Below, piece after piece: positions 27,561 through 36,990 of a stretch of 64,000 bases of DNA. Origin of the DNA: Eubacterium sp. GTDB lineage: Bacteria > Bacillota > Clostridia > Lachnospirales > Lachnospiraceae. Position 1 is the stretch's first letter, and every line of letters starts with the position of its first letter. The notes below the pieces were generated by a model, which had not been told where the DNA came from, ran no database searches, and was given only the letters and a program-made list of their open reading frames with translations. A program made the translations under genes and the position numbers. The stretch covers positions 5,238-69,237 of the forward strand of contig JAILMQ010000072.1 in assembly GCA_024692605.1 (NCBI GenBank), read 5' to 3'.

Positions 27561-30191
27561 TTATTTGATCTTTACTTTAAATGTCACTACCTTCCAGGAT
27601 GATGCTGAGTAAGTATCATTTCCTTTCGCTCTGACTTTAACCTTTACTTTGTAGGTGCCCTTCTTCAGGCCCTTCTTGATCGTAACTTTTCCGGTCTTTT
27701 TGTTAATGGTAATCTTCTTGTTTCCGGAAACCTTGGCATAGGTCAGAGTTCCCTGTCCTTTATTCTTGAATTTGATTACCTTCGAAGCTTCAAGGCGCTG
27801 CGTCTTCTTCATATTCTTACGCTTCAGAGTGACTGTCCTGCCCTTTACTTCCAGCGTGTTATTCTTCTTTACTACATCTGTTCCCTTCGCTTTATCCAGT
27901 TTATCTTCTAATTCTTTAACCTTTGTTTTTAGATCCGCAACCTGCTTCTCATATTCCTGCATTTCCTTAAGTGCATTAGTTTCTTTTATCTTTGTAAGGG
28001 CTTCTTCAGCTTCGGCCAAAACCTTCTGCGCCTCCACAAGTTCTTTAAGTGCTGCAGCTATATCACTTGCCGAAGAATATCCATCAAGATTATTGATTAA
28101 TTCCTGGGCTTTGGCTAGTTCAGACTTTGCCTCTTCTAATACCTGTTCAGCTTTTGCCTGTTCAGCTTCCTTCTCAGATTCCATTATACTAAAGATCTTT
28201 GTAGCTTCTCCCTTGAATCTGCCCATTCCAACGAGCTTAACCTCATAGTCACCGGGCTTGTCAAAGGTATCGGTTTCATTAACCTTTTCAAGTGAATAGT
28301 CCTTTCCTTCTACTAAGGTTTCTCTTTTATAGACAACTTCCGGAACCGGTTCCTGACCGCTACTCTTATCATATACACCCGGCCTAATTCTAACATCTTC
28401 AATAGAACCATATACCCTAACCTTAACGTCCTTCCATATGTTTTTTTCATAGTTCGGATCATCTGTTTCCAAAGTTCCATAAATAGAAATATGTCCCTCG
28501 CCCGGAGCTACACCTGTAATAACACCATCATCATTAACCTTTACATACTCATCATATGCTTCGTATGAAAATTTTGCGGACATTTCACTGGAAGTTTCAG
28601 GGGTTAGTTGCTCTTTTTCTCCAACATTAATCTCTAAATCATCCTGGATAATATCTGTACTGATCTTATCAATTGTGATTTTGCCTTTTACCATTTCCGG
28701 CTTTGTAGAACCGTATATCTCATCGCCGACCGCCTTATACCATACAATGTATTCTCCGGAATCTTTTGCGGTAGGAATATCAGCACTGAATTCTCCTGTC
28801 GGTTCTTTTTCATTTCCAAAAGCATACTGCATTTCTCCGCATAATGCCTCACCGGCTTCTATAAGCTCCTGATCACCCTCGTTATATACAAGTCCCATCT
28901 TACGAATCGGAGCCTTTTTTACAACTGCAGATTTAACCAATACGTTAACAGTACATGATCCGGTATAATCGCCCTTACCATTTATAGAAAAGGTTGCCGT
29001 TTTGGAAGCTTCGTCATAACCGGTGAATTCCACTTCATAATCTTCACCCTTTTTAAGACTTGCCGCCTTTGCAACTATATTTCCGCCTTCAACAGATGGA
29101 AAGTACTCTACTGCAATATCCCTTCCTATCATTTCCTTTAACTCTTCTATATCACAGTCATAACTCATATCCAGACCGGTTACATTGATTACACTCTCAT
29201 CAATTTCTCCGGCCAATATCTTTTCTTTCATAGCCGCCGGATCTGCATAAAAATCGTCCAAAAACCATATATCTGTATTATCTGTACGGTTTGAAGCATA
29301 TCCATGATATGTTGCGATATGCTTTCCGGCTGTACCGCTTCCCTTCTCAACATATGGAGTTTCAAATTTTTTATCAGTACTTTCATGCAGTGCATATATT
29401 TTGAACCAATCTTCGAAGGATGTATCATAATAATCCTTTATAGTTGATACATTTAATGATCCGTCTACCGTATAATTAAATGTGTTATCAGTGGCTTCTT
29501 TTGTTATACGCGAAAAATCTTTATCAACAATATCCCCCCATGGATTTGCATCCTTTGACATAAAAAGCATATTCTCTGTTACATCGAGATAATATGAATT
29601 CCCATTAATATCAGGAATATAACTTATCGTATGATCTAATCTTTTAGGATTCATTCTCACATAATTACAAGGAAGATCTGCAGCATGACACATAGCAGCA
29701 TAAAATACCGCAATACCTGCGCATACAGAAGCCTCATCCTCTTTCATACAGCCGTATGAATCCCACTGGTGAGAATAGTATTCAAAATTATATCTTCCGG
29801 ACCAGAATTCCCAATCATAATGAACTCGTTTATTTACCCAGATAGCAAGTGTATAATATTTTTCCAGATCACTCATATCTGGCTCGATGATTTCTGACAC
29901 AACTTTTTCCATTTCTGTAATTGTGTAAATCTTCTGACCCACCGTCAGCCCAAAATCCTTTTCAAAAACAGCCGGATCCGCATGAACCCCGATACCTGTT
30001 TCATATGGGTCTGCATCAGGATCATAATCATCATCGTCTTTCTCATCTTTCTTAAGCTCTGACATCTTCTTCGGTGTCATATCTTCTTTGTCACCTTCAG
30101 CAAAAACATTTAACTTCGTTGAGGACAACATAATGATTAATGTAAGCAACAGAAAGATTTTACCTACTGCATTTTTACTTGTTTTTTTCAC
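27561..30191 (-). CDS. Secreted transglutaminase-like (Cys-His-Asp) protein with Ig-like modules, coiled coil and Lys-rich C-terminal domain
   Basis: Signal peptide ending VFA. VCAGIA...DHTIS...YLDVT triad. Coiled coil, then a KKTGKVTIKKGLKKGTY tail. Confidence 0.8.
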   Translation of the reverse strand: MKKTSKNAVGKIFLLLTLIIMLSSTKLNVFAEGDKEDMTPKKMSELKKDEKDDDDYDPDADPYETGIGVHADPAVFEKDFGLTVGQKIYTITEMEKVVSEIIEPDMSDLEKYYTLAIWVNKRVHYDWEFWSGRYNFEYYSHQWDSYGCMKEDEASVCAGIAVFYAAMCHAADLPCNYVRMNPKRLDHTISYIPDINGNSYYLDVTENMLFMSKDANPWGDIVDKDFSRITKEATDNTFNYTVDGSLNVSTIKDYYDTSFEDWFKIYALHESTDKKFETPYVEKGSGTAGKHIATYHGYASNRTDNTDIWFLDDFYADPAAMKEKILAGEIDESVINVTGLDMSYDCDIEELKEMIGRDIAVEYFPSVEGGNIVAKAASLKKGEDYEVEFTGYDEASKTATFSINGKGDYTGSCTVNVLVKSAVVKKAPIRKMGLVYNEGDQELIEAGEALCGEMQYAFGNEKEPTGEFSADIPTAKDSGEYIVWYKAVGDEIYGSTKPEMVKGKITIDKISTDIIQDDLEINVGEKEQLTPETSSEMSAKFSYEAYDEYVKVNDDGVITGVAPGEGHISIYGTLETDDPNYEKNIWKDVKVRVYGSIEDVRIRPGVYDKSSGQEPVPEVVYKRETLVEGKDYSLEKVNETDTFDKPGDYEVKLVGMGRFKGEATKIFSIMESEKEAEQAKAEQVLEEAKSELAKAQELINNLDGYSSASDIAAALKELVEAQKVLAEAEEALTKIKETNALKEMQEYEKQVADLKTKVKELEDKLDKAKGTDVVKKNNTLEVKGRTVTLKRKNMKKTQRLEASKVIKFKNKGQGTLTYAKVSGNKKITINKKTGKVTIKKGLKKGTYKVKVKVRAKGNDTYSASSWKVVTFKVKIK

Positions 30192-30205
30192 CTTTTTTCT
30201 CCCTT

Positions 30206-31285
30206 CTACATTTTATTTATTTTTTTATAACCAGCCGCAAGTACTGTTGAAACTACGATTTCTAAAAGAGCAATAATGACAAGTGATAAATCTCCAAACG
30301 TAATATCTTTATTAAAATAAAAAATGATTACATATGTGATCGGAATTATAAACCACTGAATAACATAGATTGTATTCAGATTACTGCTTATTTTCGTGAA
30401 GAAACTGACCTGTTTATCAGATAAATGCTTAGATATTACATAGCAAACGCCTATAACTCCATAAACACACATCAGACAAAAAATCGCATCTATTGTGGTC
30501 ATAAAATAATAATGATGCGCATCTGTTAAAAATCCTTTCGGAATATACCAGCTAGCCACAAAATATGAAATTGAAATTATTAACCCTAATGGCCAGAAGC
30601 GAAGTAATTTTTTCTTATCGTTACATCTGATATAGTACTCGCCGAAAACTAACCCCATTGCAGGGAAGATAAACCAATTAAAAAGTGGAAATGCAGTAAA
30701 TCCGCCGCCACTTCCAATAAAGTATCCTGCTATCAGATTTGCAATATTATTTCCAAAATCATGGAATCTTAAAAAGGAACCTGCTATTGATAATATCAAA
30801 GCAGTGAGAAGTATAAGCTTTGCTGAAAATTTCAACTTTTTCAGCACTCCTGTCAATACAAATGCCATTCCTGCAAATGCCAAAACATCAATACAGAAAA
30901 GCAGTAAACCATTAGCGATAGGGAAACGGTCCCAATCATCCATCAGGTTTCCGGAAAGAAAATATGGAACAAAGAATTCACCTATATTTACAAAGAAACC
31001 AAGCTGCAGCAGCTTAAGTCCCCGCACTATCATATGCCCCGGAGCCTGATTTTTTGAATACACCATTCCCACACCCATTGCAAACATGAATACAGGAGCA
31101 GAAAACGGACATCCAAAAAAGTGAGCAACTGCACGTTCCATAGCGAAACTGATATTATTTGTAAAATAGGTTGTTACAAAATAGCAATGTAAAAATATCA
31201 TAAAAAAAATTGCAAGACACTTCGATAAATCCAGTTCCACCTGCCTGCCGGTGTTAACCCTTTGATCTGAAAATAGTTTATCCAT
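30206..31285 (-). CDS. DUF1624 / HGSNAT-like membrane acyltransferase-family protein
   Basis: RQVELDLSKCLAIFFMIFLH, APVFMFAMG, FPLFNW, polytopic. Start moved to ATG 31285 after GGAGGTG. Confidence 0.75.
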   Translation of the reverse strand: MDKLFSDQRVNTGRQVELDLSKCLAIFFMIFLHCYFVTTYFTNNISFAMERAVAHFFGCPFSAPVFMFAMGVGMVYSKNQAPGHMIVRGLKLLQLGFFVNIGEFFVPYFLSGNLMDDWDRFPIANGLLLFCIDVLAFAGMAFVLTGVLKKLKFSAKLILLTALILSIAGSFLRFHDFGNNIANLIAGYFIGSGGGFTAFPLFNWFIFPAMGLVFGEYYIRCNDKKKLLRFWPLGLIISISYFVASWYIPKGFLTDAHHYYFMTTIDAIFCLMCVYGVIGVCYVISKHLSDKQVSFFTKISSNLNTIYVIQWFIIPITYVIIFYFNKDITFGDLSLVIIALLEIVVSTVLAAGYKKINKM

Positions 31286-31378
31286 TTTTTTAGTCACCTC
31301 CCACATAGAATTTTAGCACGGATTCAGATAATAAACAATCGCAACTGTTTACATTTTTTTGCGAAATGCATCCATATC

Positions 31379-31412
31379 AAAAACACCCACCGGGTACTGT
31401 TCCCAGTGGGTG
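31379..31412 (-). terminator. Intrinsic terminator
   Basis: Minus strand: CACCCACTGGG-AACAGTA-CCCGGTGGGTG followed by T5. Confidence 0.85.
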
Positions 31413-31431
31413 ATGAATGATTTTTGCTTTG

Positions 31432-32991
31432 TTATTTTACAACTATTGTAGCAACAGCTTTCTTAGTAACCTTATTATGGTTTTTATCCCCTGCTGCTGT
31501 AACGCTTATTGTTACTATATAGGTTCCCTTTTTAAGTCCCTTCTTTATTGTAATCTTACCTGTCTTCTTATTAACTTTGAAATACTTATTGAATTTCTTT
31601 TTATTTACTTTAACTTTCTTGTAGGTAAGTTTTCCCTGGCCTTTATTAACTACCTTTATAGACTTCTTTACAAACTGCTTAGTCTTCTTAACATTAGCAA
31701 ATTTTACTTTTGATTTCTTTTCACTAACCTTAAGTGTGTTGGCCACCTTCTTAATATTAAATGTAACCTTCTTGCTTCCGGTAAAACTTCCCTTACCTGT
31801 TATGGTAGCTGTAGCTGTTCCTGCATCGATGTTGTTAGCCCATGCAACATCAAAGTCTGTTCCCTGCTTTAAGTCTGTAGTACCAAGCTTAACTGTAAAT
31901 GCAGGTGTTATAGCCTTTCCTGTATAAGTCTGATATGCAATTGCACTGACTGTTGCATCTGCTATTGAATAACCTTCGCTGAATATACGCCATGAGTAAA
32001 CCTCCGGATCTGCTTTCCATGTGCTTGGAACCTTACAATCCTTATAGCTCTCGATATCATTTTCATTTATCTTGATAAACTTGCTAAAATCCTCTGTTTC
32101 CGAATATTTTTTACGAGCCACTTTACCAGTCTCACATGTTGCATAGCTCTTTGGATCAACATCATAGTATCCGCCTTCAAGATTAAGACATATGTGATCA
32201 TCAGGAATGCCTTTGCCATCAACTACATCTGATCCACCGACTGAAGGAGTCTTTGCAGATAATAACTCTTCATCTGGATTAAATACATAAAAATCTAAAT
32301 TCTTTATCTGAGCATTTCCTGATATAGTAACATCAAGACCTTCTTGTCCATCATTACAGATATAAGCACCACCACTTAAAGCACCGCCGGATAACTTCAT
32401 AGTTCCACCCCCAAAGTTAACATAGCCGGATATTTCTCCATCTGTCATATCTATTTCCAATCCAGACTCAATATCTCCCCCAGTATAAATATCCGACTTA
32501 ATTATTCCGCTATTTTTGAAATAACCCTTTGCCCTTGCATTAACATTATATTCAGGAGATGAATTGCTTACATAAATACAAGTAAGAGGATTATTAAGTT
32601 CCAAATTTTCACGTCCGGATAATACTGCTTTATAATACTTTTCATATGAAGGAGTATATTCACCATTTATTGTTCCTTCATTGTTAAAGGTATGACCATT
32701 AAGGACTAAATCTATCGCCGATACAGACGGCAATTTAACAGTTTCTCCCTTAGGAATAGTCACATCTTTTAACAGTATGATCATACTGGAATATTCAGCT
32801 TTATCAAATGCATCCTGAATAGTATCACAATAATATTCTTGCTCACTATAAACATCGATAACGCGTGCAACGCTGTCTGCTTTTGCATTAGCCTTGATTC
32901 CAAAGCCCGGCACCAGCATTACCAGCATAGCCATACCAAGCAGTATGGATATGGCACCTCTAAGATACCTTTTTTTACTTCTTTGTTCCAA
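31432..32991 (-). CDS. Secreted cell-surface protein with Lys-rich C-terminal domain
   Basis: Signal peptide ending ANA. Ig-like module (LKQGTDFDVAWANNIDAGTATATITGKG). Tail KKTGKITIKKGLKKGTY. Confidence 0.75.
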   Translation of the reverse strand: MEQRSKKRYLRGAISILLGMAMLVMLVPGFGIKANAKADSVARVIDVYSEQEYYCDTIQDAFDKAEYSSMIILLKDVTIPKGETVKLPSVSAIDLVLNGHTFNNEGTINGEYTPSYEKYYKAVLSGRENLELNNPLTCIYVSNSSPEYNVNARAKGYFKNSGIIKSDIYTGGDIESGLEIDMTDGEISGYVNFGGGTMKLSGGALSGGAYICNDGQEGLDVTISGNAQIKNLDFYVFNPDEELLSAKTPSVGGSDVVDGKGIPDDHICLNLEGGYYDVDPKSYATCETGKVARKKYSETEDFSKFIKINENDIESYKDCKVPSTWKADPEVYSWRIFSEGYSIADATVSAIAYQTYTGKAITPAFTVKLGTTDLKQGTDFDVAWANNIDAGTATATITGKGSFTGSKKVTFNIKKVANTLKVSEKKSKVKFANVKKTKQFVKKSIKVVNKGQGKLTYKKVKVNKKKFNKYFKVNKKTGKITIKKGLKKGTYIVTISVTAAGDKNHNKVTKKAVATIVVK

Positions 32992-33107
32992 TTTACCCTT
33001 CCTCCTATAAATTGTTTTATTTTGCTACAAAAACGCAACATAAACAATTTAACATATTTCGCAGTATTTTAATAGTATTTTTTTACCTTTTTATTGAAAA
33101 ATATAAC

Positions 33108-33155
33108 AAAAAAATGCACCTTCCTACCTTTTTTTCAAAAATAGAAAAGTGCATT
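33108..33155 (-). terminator. Intrinsic terminator of rpsF-ssb-rpsR
   Basis: Minus strand: AATGCACTTTTCTA...TAGGAAGGTGCA followed by T7. Confidence 0.8.
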
Positions 33156-33165
33156 ATCATTTCAT

Positions 33166-33426
33166 TTACTCATTTACATATGGAATAAGTGCAACGTGTC
33201 TAGCTCTCTTAATAGCTACTGTAAGCTCTCTCTGATGCTTTGCACAGTTTCCTGTAATACGACGAGGAAGAATCTTTCCTCTCTCTGAAACATACTTCTT
33301 AAGAAGATTTACATCTTTGTAATCGATTACCTGGTTTTCGTCGGAGCAGAATGAACAAACCTTTCTTCTTCTGTGAACAGGTCTTCTTCTCATAGGTGCT
33401 GCTCCACCTTCTTTATTGTATGGCAT
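33166..33426 (-). CDS. rpsR: 30S ribosomal protein S18 (Zn-binding C+ form)
   Basis: [35 protein letters not shown]. The true start may be slightly downstream. Confidence 0.97.
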   Translation of the reverse strand: MPYNKEGGAAPMRRRPVHRRRKVCSFCSDENQVIDYKDVNLLKKYVSERGKILPRRITGNCAKHQRELTVAIKRARHVALIPYVNE

Positions 33427-33480
33427 TACTCTACCTCCATGAATTCTTATACCAATGCAAATTCACTTATCCACAAGTTA

Positions 33481-33939
33481 TTACTTGAATGGCAAATCAT
33501 TCTCAATGCCTTCAGGAATACTCATAAAACCTTCTGCGCTTGCTGCATCCGGTGAAGGTGCTGCCTGTGGTTCATATCCTCCCTGTGATCCGGATTCAGA
33601 ACCCTTGCTCTCAGCAAACTCCTGTTCCTCTACAACAACCTCAGTTGTGTATACCTTCTGACCTTCCTTATTTGTATAAGAACCGGTCTGTATACGACCT
33701 GTAACCGCAATCTTTGTACCCTGCTTAAGATACTTCTCAGCAAATTCTCCCTGTCTGCCGAATGCAACACATGAAATAAAATCTGCTGCCTGCTGGTTAT
33801 CTCCACCATTCCTTCTGGCAAATCTTCTATCAACAGCAAGAGTATATCTTGCTATAGCAAGCTGATCACCTGTTTGTGAATTTGAATATCTAACATCCGG
33901 GTCCCTTGTAAGACGACCCATTAAAATTACCTTATTCAT
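33481..33939 (-). CDS. ssb: Single-stranded DNA-binding protein
   Basis: MNKVILMGRLTRDP, C-terminal DLPF. Confidence 0.98.
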   Translation of the reverse strand: MNKVILMGRLTRDPDVRYSNSQTGDQLAIARYTLAVDRRFARRNGGDNQQAADFISCVAFGRQGEFAEKYLKQGTKIAVTGRIQTGSYTNKEGQKVYTTEVVVEEQEFAESKGSESGSQGGYEPQAAPSPDAASAEGFMSIPEGIENDLPFK

Positions 33940-33961
33940 CAGGACTCCTCCTATTTATCAA

Positions 33962-34249
33962 CTAAGCGTCCTGTCTTACAATAAGAAATCTGATAACATT
34001 CTCGTAAATACGAAGATGACGCTCTATGAAATATGGAGCATCTTCAGGACCTTCAAAATGTATGAAGTAATAATAACCTTCTGTCATGTCCTGAATCTCG
34101 TATGCGAGCTTCTGCTTACCCTTTTCATCGATATCAGTAATTGTGCTCCCTGACTTCTCGACACGGTTCTTTACTCTTTCAAGAGTAGCAGCAACTGTTT
34201 CGTCATCAATCTTAGTGCTGACAACTAACGCGATCTCATACTTATTCAT
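33962..34249 (-). CDS. rpsF: 30S ribosomal protein S6
   Basis: MNKYE, KLAYEI, EGYY, VIRFLIVR. ATG 34249 lies 7 nt after AAGGAGGT. Confidence 0.97.
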   Translation of the reverse strand: MNKYEIALVVSTKIDDETVAATLERVKNRVEKSGSTITDIDEKGKQKLAYEIQDMTEGYYYFIHFEGPEDAPYFIERHLRIYENVIRFLIVRQDA

Positions 34250-34256
34250 TCTTTGC

Positions 34257-34329
34257 ACCTCCTTATGGACTTTTTGGTCTCTGCCTATTCGACATATCTA
34301 AACGATACGGTGCAGGCAAAAACAAGGAT
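34257..34329 (-). ncRNA. S6:S18 ribosomal protein leader (cis-regulatory RNA)
   Basis: Minus strand: TCCTTG pairs with the SD-containing TAAGGA, an upper stem GTTTTTGCCT/AGGCAGAGAC, and a CCA in the internal loop just before the SD. Confidence 0.75.
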
Positions 34330-34350
34330 TTTATAGCATCACAGACCATC

Positions 34351-34379
34351 ACTATATCACAAGAAAAGGTGCAGTGCAA
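34351..34379 (-). promoter_or_regulatory. Sigma-A promoter of the rpsF operon
   Basis: TTGCAC-17 nt-TATAGT with an extended TG. Overlaps the rsuA 3' end. Confidence 0.75.
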
Positions 34380-35158
34380 GTTGTTTTTAGCTTTTTATAC
34401 TCATCTATTTTGAGTTTCCTGTACTCTCCGGGTTTCAGTTCGGGATCAAGGGTCAGGCTTCCCATGGAATATCGTTTCAGATATACAACGCTGCAGCCCA
34501 CAGCCTCAAACATTCTTTTTATTTCGTGATAACGGCCTTCCGTTATCTTTATCTCATATATAGTTAAACTCTCGTCTTCCTTTAATTTACTGAATTTTTC
34601 TGCAAAATAGGAATCATCATATTCTGTCATAAATTCTTCTAAATCAGAAAACCTTCTTAATTTAGCCGGCTTTGTCGGTTTCTCATCACCGATGTCCAAA
34701 CCGTTTTCAAAAAGAGCTTCTATATCATCCGGTGAATATCCTGTTACAACAGCAACATAGCCTTTTTCCACATGCTTGCCGGGAGAAAGCAGCTTATGAC
34801 TCAGCTCGCCATCATTTGTAATAAGAAGAAGTCCCTCTGTGTCACGGTCCAGCCTTCCCACAGGAAACAAGTCTCTTCTCTTTTTTGATTTAATAAGATT
34901 CAGAACCGTTTCTTCCTTTTTATCACGGGACGCTGTTATAATTCCGGCAGGCTTATAGAGCATGTAATATTCATATTCTGAATAATCTACATCCTCGCCG
35001 TTTACATTTACCTCATCAGTATCTGTATCCACCTTTTGTGAGCTGTCCTTTATTTTTTCTCCATTAATAGTAATGGCTCCTGATTTAACAAGAGCCTTCA
35101 CTTCATTTCTTGTACCGAATCCTGCATCGGCAAGATATTTATCTAATCTGATTTTCAA
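34352..35158 (-). CDS. rsuA: rRNA pseudouridine synthase, RsuA family
   Basis: S4 domain RLDKYL, YKPAG, VGRLDRDTEGLLL, EGRYHEIKRM. Confidence 0.92.
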   Translation of the reverse strand: MKIRLDKYLADAGFGTRNEVKALVKSGAITINGEKIKDSSQKVDTDTDEVNVNGEDVDYSEYEYYMLYKPAGIITASRDKKEETVLNLIKSKKRRDLFPVGRLDRDTEGLLLITNDGELSHKLLSPGKHVEKGYVAVVTGYSPDDIEALFENGLDIGDEKPTKPAKLRRFSDLEEFMTEYDDSYFAEKFSKLKEDESLTIYEIKITEGRYHEIKRMFEAVGCSVVYLKRYSMGSLTLDPELKPGEYRKLKIDEYKKLKTTCTAPFLVI

Positions 35159-35204
35159 AACAATTTACGCTTTCTTCTAACTATTTCTGATCAATATATC
35201 GTTA

Positions 35205-35759
35205 TTAACTCTGTACTTCTGCCATCAGTTTTTTACCATTATCCTTGAGCCACCGCTCATATTTTCTATATTCAGGCATCACTCTTTCAACTTCATGCCA
35301 GAATTTTTTAGAATGGTTCATTTCCAACCGATGACATAGTTCGTGAACTACAACATAGTCGAGCACTTCTATGGGTGCTCTCATCAAAGCCACATTAAAA
35401 TTCAGATTACCTTTAGACGAGCAGCTTCCCCAACGGGTTTTCTGGTTTCTGATGGTTATCCCATTCCACGTAACCCCAACAAGCGGAGCATAGTATTCAA
35501 CTTTCTTTTTGAATACATCGCGGGCTCTTTCAGCCAGTTCCGAAAGCTCCAGATCAGACAGGGTTCTGACAGATTCAGCCTCCCTTTCACTTTCCCTGGC
35601 TTCTTCCAGCTTACTATCAATCCAGTCCTTGTTTTTATCCAGCAGTTCCTGAATTTCCTTTTTAGAAACTCTATAGGGTGCTCTGACCTTTACATTTTCC
35701 GAATCAATTATCTGAATTGATATAGTCTTTCTCTTGGATTTGATTATTTCAATTTTCAT
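35205..35759 (-). CDS. YgjP/DUF45 metal-dependent hydrolase (M48/SprT-like)
   Basis: QKTRWGSCS, YVVVHELCH, NHSKKFW. Confidence 0.92.
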   Translation of the reverse strand: MKIEIIKSKRKTISIQIIDSENVKVRAPYRVSKKEIQELLDKNKDWIDSKLEEARESEREAESVRTLSDLELSELAERARDVFKKKVEYYAPLVGVTWNGITIRNQKTRWGSCSSKGNLNFNVALMRAPIEVLDYVVVHELCHRLEMNHSKKFWHEVERVMPEYRKYERWLKDNGKKLMAEVQS

Positions 35760-36394
35760 GCAACAGACCTACGTCTTTTGATGGCGCTCTTCACTCTATC
35801 CTTCTTGTCACTGAGGTAGTATTTTACGCCAGTCTCGTTAACTTCACTGCCACAGAAATAATCCTTCACAGCATTATACTTATCGGCTACGGACACAACT
35901 ACTGCTTCAATTGAATTAGGCGCTTTACATTTTCCTGCAGGCCACATATGTCTCTCAATCACATCCTGGGTCTTGATAGACATATCCTCTAACAATCCCT
36001 TTGCAACAATTACCGAATCCTTCGGATGTTCCCTGCTGCATTCCTTATTAGAAGAATATTTATCATATCTTCCCAATATTCCCAGATCATGGCTCAGAGA
36101 TGCAATAACCACAGTTGGAACATCAACATCGATATGAATACGATTAAGCGCTCTGCAAAGTCTTACACTGGAGAAAGCAACTCGCATAGTATGCTCACCA
36201 ACAGTAGAATACTTATGATGTGTCTGTTCAAAAGCCTTTTCCATCTCTTCAGAATGAATAATATTGCTTCCATAGCGCTTCAATTCATCCCATATATTTC
36301 TCTTACGTCGAAAACGTCTTATAGTCATTCGCTTACGGATTGTAACCTTGGAATATAATTTACTCATCTGGTTAATCCCCCATGTTATTCTCAA
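35756..36394 (-). CDS. HD-domain phosphohydrolase
   Basis: HH..TVGEH, SHDLG, HP, IERHMWP, VADK. Start uncertain. Confidence 0.85.
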   Translation of the reverse strand: MRITWGINQMSKLYSKVTIRKRMTIRRFRRKRNIWDELKRYGSNIIHSEEMEKAFEQTHHKYSTVGEHTMRVAFSSVRLCRALNRIHIDVDVPTVVIASLSHDLGILGRYDKYSSNKECSREHPKDSVIVAKGLLEDMSIKTQDVIERHMWPAGKCKAPNSIEAVVVSVADKYNAVKDYFCGSEVNETGVKYYLSDKKDRVKSAIKRRRSVA

Positions 36395-36441
36395 TGGTTG
36401 GTTTATCTGGTTATTGTCCGAAAACTAGTCACATTAGATTC

Positions 36442-36470
36442 ATAGTATACTAAAGGCCAGTTTGAGTCAA
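36442..36470 (-). promoter_or_regulatory. Putative sigma-A promoter for HD-ygjP-rsuA
   Basis: TTGACT-17 nt-TACTAT. Confidence 0.55.
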
Positions 36471-36526
36471 CCGGAATTCAAGCCCAATCCCGCTATATTT
36501 CTGCGTTTTCTATCATCATTCTGACA

Positions 36527-36553
36527 TTCAGCTTCCGGTGGCTATGATTTTGA
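36527..36553. repeat. Partial third copy of the 73-bp repeat unit
   Basis: TTCAGCTTCCGGTGGCTATGATTTTGA matches 15446-15472 at 25 of 27 positions. Confidence 0.75.
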
Positions 36554-36925
36554 TAAAGCCCGTCCTTCCTGGATTGCGTAAACGATAACTCCCAGAATTG
36601 TTACTGCAATCCCAAAACTCATCAGATATTTCTGGTATGCTGAGGAATTGCCTGCGATGTCGAATATTCCCTTCAGAAGAGATGCCACTGTCAGAGAGGC
36701 TACTCCGGTGTTATATATGTTGAAAGAGATTCTTTTGGGGTAAAGATCGTATGGAATCAAGGCAAGCAATGCCAAAGGAATTGTTCCCAAAACCAACGGC
36801 CAGCCAAACAGCCACGTCATATATGGAGATGTCACTCCGTGCGAGAACTTATTATATATTAAAAACAAAATCAGACAGAGTATCGAAACCGCCAGATATA
36901 CTAATGGTGCTTTTCTTTTTCTCAT
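36542..36925 (-). CDS. Small four-TM membrane protein, last gene of the VTC operon
   Basis: 127 aa hydrophobic, Y.KFSHGV.S.YM motif, RBS AGGAGG. Confidence 0.8.
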   Translation of the reverse strand: MRKRKAPLVYLAVSILCLILFLIYNKFSHGVTSPYMTWLFGWPLVLGTIPLALLALIPYDLYPKRISFNIYNTGVASLTVASLLKGIFDIAGNSSAYQKYLMSFGIAVTILGVIVYAIQEGRALSKS

Positions 36926-36990
36926 GACTCATTCCTCCTATTCTAATTATTTATCAAGTGTTCCTAAGGAACCATCCTTCCGATATACTT

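Noticed and set aside
31379-31412. Hairpin containing CCCACTGGG, similar to the palindrome arm
   Set aside because: Lacks the GGGGTCWGACCCC core and has a U-tract, so it is an ordinary terminator.
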